A DNA stretch of 64,000 nt. Origin: Oligoflexales bacterium. Lineage in GTDB: Bacteria; Bdellovibrionota_B; Oligoflexia; Oligoflexales; CAIYRB01. Shown piece by piece: positions 17,568 to 26,369 of this stretch; position 1 is the first letter of the stretch; every line of letters begins with the position of its first letter. The notes beneath the pieces were generated by a model. That model did no database searches, had not been told where the DNA came from, and saw only the letters and a program-made list of their open reading frames with translations. The position numbers and the translations under genes are program-made. Location of the stretch: NCBI GenBank assembly GCA_041736175.1, contig JBGSUI010000056.1, positions 64,001 through 128,000 of the forward strand, read 5' to 3'.

Positions 17568-19666
17568 ACCTCCCCCCCATCGCCCATCTGACGCTCATAG
17601 GATTGCCGCACCAGTGACATGATGTACGGCAGCTCCTCAAGCGAATGCAGCACCACCTCGACATCGCCATTTCCCCAGCGACCGAGGTTCGTCACATCTT
17701 TGCAGATGCCTTTCGGGTCATGAATTTCCTCAAAAGTCATGTTGATTGCCAGACGCAAACGCTTGGTTTGCGGCACTACATCCACAAAGTTTGTTTCGGC
17801 CTTGTAGGCGACGTATAGTTTCATAAATTCTTCAGTTACGCAGGGATTGAGTGCCAGGACTTCTTTACGAAAGGCTTCAAAAATCGGTGCCATCATCGCG
17901 GTGAGCAGGTGCGGATGATCCTCGATGGTGTAGCTGCTAGTCGACTTTTCTTTTGCAGGCTGATACGAGGCCAATACTGCCGCGTCAAGTTTTGGTGCAG
18001 TCCAAATTGCTAGTGCCTGATCAGCTAGCCGTCCAGCTCTTTCCTGAATCGTAGTCTCATTCCAGGTATCCAATTGACCCAAACCGGCATTGAGTCTGAG
18101 GGGACTTTCTTTGAAGCCTCCCTTCATGTCCCGTTTTTGAACAAACGAATGATCGCTATATTCAGGGTTGTAGCCCGTAAGAGTCAGGTTTCCGAGCGTG
18201 TGAAGCCATTGCTGCTGGATGCTCTCCCAGTTTTGTCCTAAAGCCGCCTTCCACGAGGCAGAAAGGTTTGGGTTCTGAGGCAAAATATGTTCGATTGTAA
18301 AATCGTCGATCTGTACCCGTTCCTTGCGATCATGGTTCTCGATTCGTCGCAGCCAGTACTTGCTGCGCGAAAAGCGGTAAAGTTCGCGAGTTTGTAAATT
18401 GCGGCGAAACTCCTCATCATTCGGGAAGCGACGATAAGATGGGAGTCTCAAGAAATGCGCCTGGATACTTTCGAGATACCGATCTTTTTTTAAAACCTTG
18501 CCAAATGTTGACAGAGTTTTGTTCATTGAGTTGGTCGGTATGCCGCAGATGGCTCTCCTGAAAACATAAGATTCGATCATGCGGACTGCCTCAACAAAGT
18601 CCGCGACCGGAAGTATTTTGTGGGCGTAATCATCATAGAGTTCGAGGAGCAGCGGGTAAGCTACGTCTACCTTTAACTCTTTCAAATCTTGGAAGGCAAG
18701 TTTAAGAGCAGGGTCGAGATCAGTGCCCAGAGCCATCGCACAGTAGTAGCGGGAAAAGGCACGAATCTCCCTCACAAGAGCCTCAATGCCGGCATCCTGC
18801 ACGGGCTTAGTCCGAGAATATTCCTTGAAGGCATCATAGATATCGCGTTCGCGCGGGATGTCGCCAGTGCAGACTGTAAGGTAATGCCGCATAAAGTTGT
18901 CAAACTGGTCTCCGTATGCTTCTTGGCCGAAGTCCAGCTCCATCGGTCGCCAGTATTCTTCATACAGCCGCGTTTGCAGGCGGGGCTCAAGTCCCATCAA
19001 GATATAGTTCCGGATCAAATCAGCCTGGCTTAATTCTTTACCTGTAGAGTTCATACTTTCGAAAATGAGCTGCGGATTGTCCTGATCACGGCTAAGAGCG
19101 ATATCTACAACAATCAGTTTGGAAAGGCCTCGGCATACAGACACAAGATCGTCTTTATGCTCAGCTAGCAATGATGTGAACAATGCAAAGTTATTGGAAA
19201 CACGCAGCGACGGTTCTTTTGGAGGCTCGGTATTTTTAACAATGGCTTTGAGCGAAGTGTTGTCCGTCTGAGAGAGCAGCAGCTTGTAGTAACGATCTCC
19301 CGTCTCCAATGGGTTGCTCAGATAGTTGTGTCTCAGTTTGGCAGCTGAAAACCCGTCAACCGGTTCCGAATCGCTCAATGTTCGAGCAAGTGCCTCGATC
19401 AGCAATGATACGGTCGTGAGGCGTTGCTGCCCGTCGATCACCAGCAATGGAGCTTGATGGGAAACCTGCGAGAGCCCTTGTTCCACATAAACAATAGATC
19501 CAAGAAAATGGACCGTAATCGCGTCGCTCGACCCGGCCCGCAGGATGTCGTCCCATAATTGACGGCACTGCTTTTCGGTCCAAGAATAGGTACGCTGATA
19601 AATGGGGATAATGAACTGGGGCGACTTCTGCAAGAAGCTCAGTAACTTTGCTTCGGTGGCTTTCAC
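17564..19666 (-). CDS. GmrSD-like protein (DUF262 + DUF1524 HNH + DUF5655), putative type IV restriction nuclease
   Basis: IPIYQRTYSW, IDGQQRLTT, FESMNSTG, TIEHILPQ, LGNLTL, C-terminal YVAYKAETNFVDVVPQ; overlaps hsdM and hsdS by 4 nt. Confidence 0.9.
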   Translation of the reverse strand: MKATEAKLLSFLQKSPQFIIPIYQRTYSWTEKQCRQLWDDILRAGSSDAITVHFLGSIVYVEQGLSQVSHQAPLLVIDGQQRLTTVSLLIEALARTLSDSEPVDGFSAAKLRHNYLSNPLETGDRYYKLLLSQTDNTSLKAIVKNTEPPKEPSLRVSNNFALFTSLLAEHKDDLVSVCRGLSKLIVVDIALSRDQDNPQLIFESMNSTGKELSQADLIRNYILMGLEPRLQTRLYEEYWRPMELDFGQEAYGDQFDNFMRHYLTVCTGDIPRERDIYDAFKEYSRTKPVQDAGIEALVREIRAFSRYYCAMALGTDLDPALKLAFQDLKELKVDVAYPLLLELYDDYAHKILPVADFVEAVRMIESYVFRRAICGIPTNSMNKTLSTFGKVLKKDRYLESIQAHFLRLPSYRRFPNDEEFRRNLQTRELYRFSRSKYWLRRIENHDRKERVQIDDFTIEHILPQNPNLSASWKAALGQNWESIQQQWLHTLGNLTLTGYNPEYSDHSFVQKRDMKGGFKESPLRLNAGLGQLDTWNETTIQERAGRLADQALAIWTAPKLDAAVLASYQPAKEKSTSSYTIEDHPHLLTAMMAPIFEAFRKEVLALNPCVTEEFMKLYVAYKAETNFVDVVPQTKRLRLAINMTFEEIHDPKGICKDVTNLGRWGNGDVEVVLHSLEELPYIMSLVRQSYERQMGDGGEV

Positions 19667-22008
19667 TTGCTGCCTCCTTTTAACAGTTCATCGAGGAGTC
19701 CCCCGGCCTCTTGCTCAATGGCGAGGATGTCGGCGCGGATCTCTTCTAGTGTCCTAAGTGGCTGGGGCTTGTAAAAATGTCGGGTGAAGCTCACCTCATA
19801 GCCGATCTTAGTCGCACCTTCCTTAATCCAAGCATCGGCAGTGTAAGGCAACACTTCACGGCGGATAAATGCCTCGATGCCGCCCTCTTCGATCAGTGGG
19901 ACTTGCTCGGTGTCACGCAAATCTGAGTCTGGCTCATACTCCACGATGGCAGACTTACCGCCCAATTTGATTTCAAAAAGACCATGGATTGGATCCGCTT
20001 TAGCTTTTCCAGGTTTGTGAATTTTAGCTATGACTGGCGGTGCTGTGTCGACGCGCCAGCTTATGGCTTTAAGGATTTGCTTTAGATCTGCAGCTGGGAC
20101 CTTGGTACCAGATTGTTTGAGCGCGGCTTCGACTCTTTCGATAAACACATTGTAATCTTCATATAGTTTGTCGCCAAGAGACGTGCGTAATGCGGTCGCG
20201 ACATCGACCAGCCTGCCATCACGTTCCCAGGTTTTGGGATCTAGGAGCTTCTTCTTCTTTTTCTCAGATAGCCCCTTTTTCTTTGAGGTGCCTTCGTCGT
20301 CCTCACCGCCTTCAGATTCTTCTTCGCTGCCCCATTCGCTCAGGAATTTTTCAACGGCGTCTTCGACTTTGGCAAATTTAACAAAGAGATCATCACCGAA
20401 TTCTTCGTACAGAGCTCCGCGGAGGTCTTCGTCGCCTGAGGCGAAGCGAAGAAACTCGATTGCTTGAAGTTTGAACTGACTATGTAGCCGCAGAGGTCGT
20501 TCGACGGTGACCTTCCAATAGCCAAAGGCGGCATTGGGAAAGATCTTAGATTCCGGTGTTTCCTTGAAGTCCGTAAATACGCGGCTGACACGCTCAATAT
20601 CTTCCTGTGACAATTCACAGTTTTTCTTGCCGAGATTTTTGCGGAGAGGCTTGAACCATTGACTCGCGTCAATAAGTTGCACTTTTCCTTTCCGATGAGC
20701 TGGTTTTTTGTTAGTCAAAACCCAGATGTATGTAGCGATACCTGTGTTGTAAAAGAGGTTGAGCGGCAGCGCGACAATGGCTTCGAGCCAATCGTTTTCG
20801 ATCAGCCAACGCCGGATATTGCTTTCGCCTTGGCCAGCATCCCCAGTAAAGAGCGAACTACCGTTGTGGACCTCGGCGATACGGCTACCTAGGGCGGAGG
20901 TCCGATTCATTTTCGAGGCCATATTAGCCAGAAATAGCATCTGGCCATCGCTTGATCGGGTGACGAGTGAGAGCTCTTCGCCGTTGTGTATGACTTTAAA
21001 ACGGGGGTCGCGCATCCCGTCTTTGCCGCCCATCGCTTCTAGGTCTTTCTTCCAGCTTTTGCCGTAGGGAGGGTTGGCAAGCATGAAGTCAAACTCTTGG
21101 GCGGGAAAGGCGTCGTGGGCGAGCGTGGACCACTCGGCGCCACCGACGATGTGATCAGCGTTGTCACCCTCACCCTTGAGCAACATGTCGGCTTTGCAAA
21201 TAGCATAGGTTTCGGGGTTGATCTCCTGGCCATATAGATGGGTCACAACTTGCTGGGTGCGTGCGCTGGCCAGCGATTGCAATGTTTCATCCGCAACGGT
21301 CAACATACCTCCCGTTCCGCATGCGCAGTCGTAGAGAAGGTAGGAGCCGGCCTTTACTTTATCGGCTATAGGTTGGAACATCAGAGTTGCCATTAATCGC
21401 ACGGCATCTCTGGGGGTCCAGTGCTCGCCTGCTTCCTCGTTGTTCTCTTCGTTGAACTTTCGGACAAGCTCTTCAAACACAGTACCCATGGAGTGGTTGT
21501 CCATACCAGGGTGCTTGACCGTACCGTCCCCATTTAAAACCGGGTTAGGGCTTAAGTTGATATCGGGATCGAGGAACTTTTCGATTAAGGTCCCCAATCC
21601 GTCGCTCTTCGATAGTCTATTTAGAACGTTGCGAAACTCGAAGTTGATAAGGATGTCCTGGACGTTCGCCGAGAAACCGTCGAGATAATCTTCAAAATCA
21701 GACTTAAGCGACTGCTGGTTTCCACGAGACTTGAGATCGCGAAGACAGAATTTTGAGGTGTTGTAAAATGCCTGGCCACTCGTCGCACAAAGTACGGCAC
21801 TCTGCTCGGTGATTCCAGCCTGATCGAGCATAGCTTTTTCCTCAAGAACCGCCTTTTTGGTCGGCTCTAGGACAGCATCGAAGCGGCGAATCACGAACAT
21901 GGGTAATATCACGTCGCGGTATTTGCCTCTTACGAAGAGGTCACGCAATACATCGTCGGCAATACCCCAGATGAACGATACAATTTTGTTATGAGAGGCA
22001 TGATCCAT
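19663..22008 (-). CDS. hsdM: Type I RM N6-adenine methyltransferase
   Basis: GEHWTPR, SAM motif YDCACGTGGML, catalytic ANPPYG, FYNTGIATY. Confidence 0.97.
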   Translation of the reverse strand: MDHASHNKIVSFIWGIADDVLRDLFVRGKYRDVILPMFVIRRFDAVLEPTKKAVLEEKAMLDQAGITEQSAVLCATSGQAFYNTSKFCLRDLKSRGNQQSLKSDFEDYLDGFSANVQDILINFEFRNVLNRLSKSDGLGTLIEKFLDPDINLSPNPVLNGDGTVKHPGMDNHSMGTVFEELVRKFNEENNEEAGEHWTPRDAVRLMATLMFQPIADKVKAGSYLLYDCACGTGGMLTVADETLQSLASARTQQVVTHLYGQEINPETYAICKADMLLKGEGDNADHIVGGAEWSTLAHDAFPAQEFDFMLANPPYGKSWKKDLEAMGGKDGMRDPRFKVIHNGEELSLVTRSSDGQMLFLANMASKMNRTSALGSRIAEVHNGSSLFTGDAGQGESNIRRWLIENDWLEAIVALPLNLFYNTGIATYIWVLTNKKPAHRKGKVQLIDASQWFKPLRKNLGKKNCELSQEDIERVSRVFTDFKETPESKIFPNAAFGYWKVTVERPLRLHSQFKLQAIEFLRFASGDEDLRGALYEEFGDDLFVKFAKVEDAVEKFLSEWGSEEESEGGEDDEGTSKKKGLSEKKKKKLLDPKTWERDGRLVDVATALRTSLGDKLYEDYNVFIERVEAALKQSGTKVPAADLKQILKAISWRVDTAPPVIAKIHKPGKAKADPIHGLFEIKLGGKSAIVEYEPDSDLRDTEQVPLIEEGGIEAFIRREVLPYTADAWIKEGATKIGYEVSFTRHFYKPQPLRTLEEIRADILAIEQEAGGLLDELLKGGSK

Positions 22009-22017
22009 TTTTTCTGT

Positions 22018-22608
22018 TTAGCTCCTGGGTTCGGCGTCAGTGTGGCGCGAGAAATTAGGTATTGAGACAGTAGGCTCGAGCGAGGTTACCTCGCGGTATT
22101 TCCATAGACTGGGAGGTCTCGTCTTGTGGCTTTTGTCTTCATAGTCGTTGGATTTCTCCATATGATTTTTCCATAATGTACGCAGTGCAACGTTGCATTG
22201 ATTGATTAATGGATCGGAGAATCCTGATGCTCTGAATGATTCCAGAATATCGAACGATGCGCTTGCCCGCAAATTCGAGTCGTCGAATGGTGGGTCGAAG
22301 GATATAAAGAAGGGGATAACCCGCTGAGTGAGGTTTCTGCAATGTTCTGCTACCGTCCCCTTGTTCTTGATTTCCGTGAGGTCGGAGCGCAACTCGTGTA
22401 TGAGTCTCTTCGGAGCGTCGTTGGTATGGGGACTAGGCATTGGGTGGACAAGGGTTTGTCCGATCGATAGGGGGAAATTGTACTCCGGTGGACAATCAAA
22501 GCGCTTGTAATGCTCCTTGTGACAGGCGGCACCTATCTTGACTTCGGCCCTCATCGCTGTAACTCGCGGATCTTCAGGTCTTTTATGAAGATAAAACTTC
22601 CCTGTCAC
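22018..22608 (-). CDS. Hypothetical protein, possibly a degenerate integrase N-terminal (SAM-like) remnant
   Basis: First ORF inside the tRNA junction; TVAEHCRNL..RVIPFF...GFSDPLINQCNVALRTLW loosely resembles integrase core-binding domains; no catalytic R-H-R-Y region. Confidence 0.3.
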   Translation of the reverse strand: MTGKFYLHKRPEDPRVTAMRAEVKIGAACHKEHYKRFDCPPEYNFPLSIGQTLVHPMPSPHTNDAPKRLIHELRSDLTEIKNKGTVAEHCRNLTQRVIPFFISFDPPFDDSNLRASASFDILESFRASGFSDPLINQCNVALRTLWKNHMEKSNDYEDKSHKTRPPSLWKYREVTSLEPTVSIPNFSRHTDAEPRS

Positions 22609-22666
22609 GCGATTCCTCCCGAGTTTCCTATTCGGATGGAACGCCCAAGTGCTTGAGAGTATTAAG

Positions 22667-22746
22667 TTTCAGCCATTACAGCCAAACAGTTACAGCCAAT
22701 CAAACAAAAACCAGAGTAGCAAAAACCTATAACCTCTTGATATAAC
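22667..22746. promoter_or_regulatory. Putative att junction of an integrative element: arm-type repeats and IHF site
   Basis: TTTCAGCCA/TTACAGCCA/TTACAGCCA repeats (22667-22698); TATCAAGAGGTTA on the minus strand (22730-22742) matches IHF consensus WATCAANNNNTTR, 4 nt from the tRNA CCA end. Confidence 0.55.
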
Positions 22747-22834
22747 TGGCGGAGAGACAGGGATTCGAACCCTGGTTGGTGTTACCCAAACACGCTTTCC
22801 AAGCGTGCGCCTTCAGCCACTCGGCCATCTCTCC
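22747..22834 (-). tRNA. tRNA-Ser(GGA)
   Basis: GGAGAGATGGCCGAGTGGCTGAAGGCGCACGCTTGGAAAGCGTG...GGTTCGAATCCCTGTCTCTCCGCCA: acceptor stem, GGA anticodon, long variable arm, TTCGA loop, encoded CCA. Confidence 0.97.
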
Positions 22835-23014
22835 GTTGAGGACCTTTGTGGTAACAAAGTTCTAACCTTTTGGTCAACATCAAAATCAGCAGACTCCACA
22901 CGCCTTTGCCGGGGAACCCCGTTGCATCGCGTTTTATCGAATTTATACCCCCAAAAAAACACTCCCCCACAGATCCCCCAATACCCCCTCTCTCCCCCCA
23001 CTCCATCCCCATCC

Positions 23015-23464
23015 CTAAAAGCTCCTCCCTGCCACCGCTTTCATCTCAATAAAATTCCTACCGGGGAGTTCCCGCACGCCTATGGTCGTGCGGCATGGGA
23101 AGGGACCATCCCCAAAAAACTGGTTCCACACTTCGTTCATAGGAGCAAAATCCCTCATGTGAACCAGAAATACGGTGACATCCCTTAAATGCTCCTTACC
23201 GAGCCCATGATCTTTTAAAACTCGTTCGATATTTTGAAAGACCCCCCAGGTTTGTTTCACAATATCGTAGCCCTCAAGGCTGCCGTCTCGCCCCAAGACC
23301 AACCCGGCTTCCTGGTCGGTTTGCGGATCCCGGCACCCCTGACCTGCCAAAAACAAAAGATCCCCCTGCCACCGCCCGTGGCTGTAGTGGGCGAGGGGAC
23401 GGGTTAAGGGGCTGGTTCGATTCTCCCCCGCTCCTTGGTTGAATTCAGCAGTGGACAAAGGCAT
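23015..23464 (-). CDS. RidA/YjgF/UK114 family imine deaminase
   Basis: YSH...LFLAGQG, VTVFLVHMRDF..MNEVW, P.RTTIGV..LP...IEMKAVA. Confidence 0.9.
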   Translation of the reverse strand: MPLSTAEFNQGAGENRTSPLTRPLAHYSHGRWQGDLLFLAGQGCRDPQTDQEAGLVLGRDGSLEGYDIVKQTWGVFQNIERVLKDHGLGKEHLRDVTVFLVHMRDFAPMNEVWNQFFGDGPFPCRTTIGVRELPGRNFIEMKAVAGRSF

Positions 23465-23523
23465 CTTGCAATTTCCTCAAAAAGGGTTCATTCCTGAGGT
23501 ATAAATACTCGGGGCTCGGTCAC

Positions 23524-25242
23524 TTGACAACCCAGATGATTGGTTTTAACCGGCGCTTTTTCAACTTTTTAAGAACCCAGACCTATGAGGTTTCCGCTAC
23601 TATGAGTCACCGGCGTTTTTCCCAGTGGAACCCCCTAGGAGATGCGGTCCCCACCACTCCATTTGAGCTTTTAGAGGTGATCCGCAAGCAGAGGGGGTTT
23701 GTACCCCAGACTCGGCTCGAGTACGGGGACCATGGTCTACGTCCCATCATCGATGTGATCGTCAAAGCCATCCGCTCCAATAAACGAATCGCACTTTATG
23801 CTGACTATGATGTCGATGGCACCATGAGCTGTGTGTCATGGATTTGGTTTTTTCGGGCCATAGGCTTCCAAAACTATATCCACTATATTCCTTGCCGCTT
23901 TAAAGAGGGGTATGGGTTAAATCTCGAGGCGGTTCGCCATCTCGTCGACGTGGAGCGGGCCCAGGTCGTGATCACCATGGATACGGGGATCACCGCCAAC
24001 CAAGAGGCAGCCTTCTGTGCCTCGCGGGGAGTGGAATTTATCTGCACAGACCACCATAAAATCCAGCCCGAAAAGATGCCTGATTCCTTGATCCTCAATC
24101 CAAAACTCCATCCCGACCCCGCGTACCAAGAGCTGTGTGGCTGTGGGATCACCTTTGTTTTGTTGCGTAAGCTAGCCGACCATTTTATCGTGCCGCCTAC
24201 CCTGTGGATTGACCTCCTCGCCATTGCGGGGATGGCGACGATTTGTGATGTGGTCCCCTTAAACGGTGTAAACCATCGCCTGGCTCGCCAGGGGGTTTGG
24301 GCCCTGTCCCAAAGCCGACGGCCCATTTTGAGACAACTCTTGACGTCTTGCCAATCCCAAGATTCCACAGACGAAAAGGACATTGGATTTCGTTTAGGAC
24401 CCCGGATCAACGCCGTCGGCAGGCTTGAGCATGCAGATGTGGTGATCCAAGCTTTTTTGGATGAGAATCCCAAGGATTTGATCTACCAAATGGAGGCCTG
24501 TAACGAGCGGCGCCGTCGTATCCAAGGGGCGATCGTCGAAGAGGCCAGGCATCTGGCGCGGGATCACGGCGACGACCCCATCTTGTTTTTGGGGGGAGCT
24601 TGGCACCAGGGGGTTGTTGGTATAGCCGCGAGTAAGTTGGTGGAAGAATTTTGGCGTCCCGTCTGGCTTTTTGAGCGCCAAGATAAGATCTGCAAGGGGT
24701 CTGCCAGATCGGTCCCAGGGTTTGATGTGACCGCAGCCATGTCGGCGGCCTCTGGGCTATTTGCCAAATACGGGGGCCACGCGGCGGCGGGAGGCTTTAC
24801 CTTTAGTGTGGACCACGAGAGCGGTTTGCGCCAAGCTCTCACGGAGTTTGCGGCGGATATCAAGCGGGAGCATCCCACTCTTTGGGAAAGCAAGGTGTCC
24901 TATGACTGTCTGTTGTCACCAGAGTTGATTGATTTCGAGCTCCTTGACGCACTGGAAGAACTCAAGCCTTTTGGCCATGGATTTGAGGAGCCCAAGTTTC
25001 TAGTCCAAGGAGAGGTTGTCTCCACGACGATTCTTAAGGATAAAATTACGGGTCAACCACGGCATACGTCTATTTTTTACCGTGGCGAGGACCACTGCAC
25101 CCATAAAGTTATGTTTTTTAATCGGGTCCTCCCCTTTGCAAAGGGTGATCTGGTCCAGATGATTCTTTCTGTAGGTAAGAATCATTGGCAAGGCCAAACC
25201 TCCCTAGCCCTCTATGGCCAAGATTGTGACCGTTTTTCCTAG
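23524..25242 (+). CDS. recJ: Single-stranded DNA-specific exonuclease RecJ
   Basis: DYDVDG, EGYGL, TMDTG, TDHH, GPRINAVGRL, GSARS, GGHAAAGG; true start may be ATG 23602. Confidence 0.93.
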   Translation: MTTQMIGFNRRFFNFLRTQTYEVSATMSHRRFSQWNPLGDAVPTTPFELLEVIRKQRGFVPQTRLEYGDHGLRPIIDVIVKAIRSNKRIALYADYDVDGTMSCVSWIWFFRAIGFQNYIHYIPCRFKEGYGLNLEAVRHLVDVERAQVVITMDTGITANQEAAFCASRGVEFICTDHHKIQPEKMPDSLILNPKLHPDPAYQELCGCGITFVLLRKLADHFIVPPTLWIDLLAIAGMATICDVVPLNGVNHRLARQGVWALSQSRRPILRQLLTSCQSQDSTDEKDIGFRLGPRINAVGRLEHADVVIQAFLDENPKDLIYQMEACNERRRRIQGAIVEEARHLARDHGDDPILFLGGAWHQGVVGIAASKLVEEFWRPVWLFERQDKICKGSARSVPGFDVTAAMSAASGLFAKYGGHAAAGGFTFSVDHESGLRQALTEFAADIKREHPTLWESKVSYDCLLSPELIDFELLDALEELKPFGHGFEEPKFLVQGEVVSTTILKDKITGQPRHTSIFYRGEDHCTHKVMFFNRVLPFAKGDLVQMILSVGKNHWQGQTSLALYGQDCDRFS

Positions 25243-25307
25243 AAACCCCTAGTCCCGGTGCCTCAAGATCACAGCTTTCTCGCCGATACCTAGAAGGGGA
25301 GGGGCCT

Positions 25308-26357
25308 GTGATTAGGATGGTAACCATTTTACTGTTGGTCTTTGTGACGAATCCAAAGGTTTATGCCTATGGAGTCTGGGAAGAAGACCTTGTCGGGACC
25401 CTTTCTCGCCGAACCCAGAAAAACTCCCACACCTGGGCCAGCCTTGCGGCCGGTGTGGTGGATGGCCAGATTAAAACCACGCCCCCAGATGAGGTGATTT
25501 TTGATCGACGCTTTGAGTCGCGGTTGTCCCTTGGTGCTGAGGCATTTTTCAGTGGTCGGATGGGAGTGAGGTTAAATCTCGCTGGGGAAAGTGAAAGGCG
25601 AAGAATCGCTGACCAAAAAGGGCTTGGTGCTATTATCGACGAAACTAAAACCCTCTATAAACCAGCCCTCGATGGGACCTTTGTGACCGATAAAGGTTTA
25701 GAGATTATCCTTGGAGTGGTCGGCCATTTTTATGGGAAAGACCGTCGTACCACGGCTACGGATTTTGGTTCGACGACTGTCACCAACAATCCAGCCAGGG
25801 CTTTAGGGAGGAGACTCGCGATCCTTAGGAGGGCCCCCCAGTGGAACGGCGGGTTTGCCTATACAAAAGGAGGAAACTCATCCCGCAGCCTTAAAGAAGA
25901 GGTCTTTGACGGGTCCAGTGCCGAACTCGTCGATACGATCTATATCCCTTCTCGGATCGATATGTTTGGCGAAGGGGGAAGCCCCGCCTTAAAGATGCGC
26001 TTTCATCTGGGTTTTATCCAAGCCCGCGGCCTTGGTCCTGTCGATAATCGTGGAAATACTATTTACACAGACCACCTTGAAGCCATCCTAGGTCTGATGG
26101 CCCCCATGGGAGGTATGGCTCTGGATGGTGCCATCGGCCATCGGACTCTGTCCTATAGCAGCAGTGCTTTTGTGGGGATCGACACGACCCCGGTGACCAC
26201 GTTCCATCTAAAGATGTTTATGGGTCCCGTGGACGATAGCGGCTACCTTGGTGTGTATATGCACCGGGCCAGTGATGGCCAAAGTCTCCCCGAGTTCAAC
26301 TCTGAATATAACACCATCGGTGGCGGGGTAAACTTTGGGTATTGTGCCAGACTTTAA
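25308..26357 (+). CDS. Secreted, probable outer-membrane beta-barrel protein
   Basis: Signal peptide ending VYA; alternating beta-strand pattern; C-terminal GGGVNFGYCARL. Confidence 0.55.
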   Translation: MIRMVTILLLVFVTNPKVYAYGVWEEDLVGTLSRRTQKNSHTWASLAAGVVDGQIKTTPPDEVIFDRRFESRLSLGAEAFFSGRMGVRLNLAGESERRRIADQKGLGAIIDETKTLYKPALDGTFVTDKGLEIILGVVGHFYGKDRRTTATDFGSTTVTNNPARALGRRLAILRRAPQWNGGFAYTKGGNSSRSLKEEVFDGSSAELVDTIYIPSRIDMFGEGGSPALKMRFHLGFIQARGLGPVDNRGNTIYTDHLEAILGLMAPMGGMALDGAIGHRTLSYSSSAFVGIDTTPVTTFHLKMFMGPVDDSGYLGVYMHRASDGQSLPEFNSEYNTIGGGVNFGYCARL

Positions 26358-26369
26358 GCTGGATAGTAT

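Noticed and set aside
22782..23188. ORFs spanning the tRNA and the C-rich spacer
   Set aside because: They overlap tRNA-Ser and ridA; low-complexity artefacts
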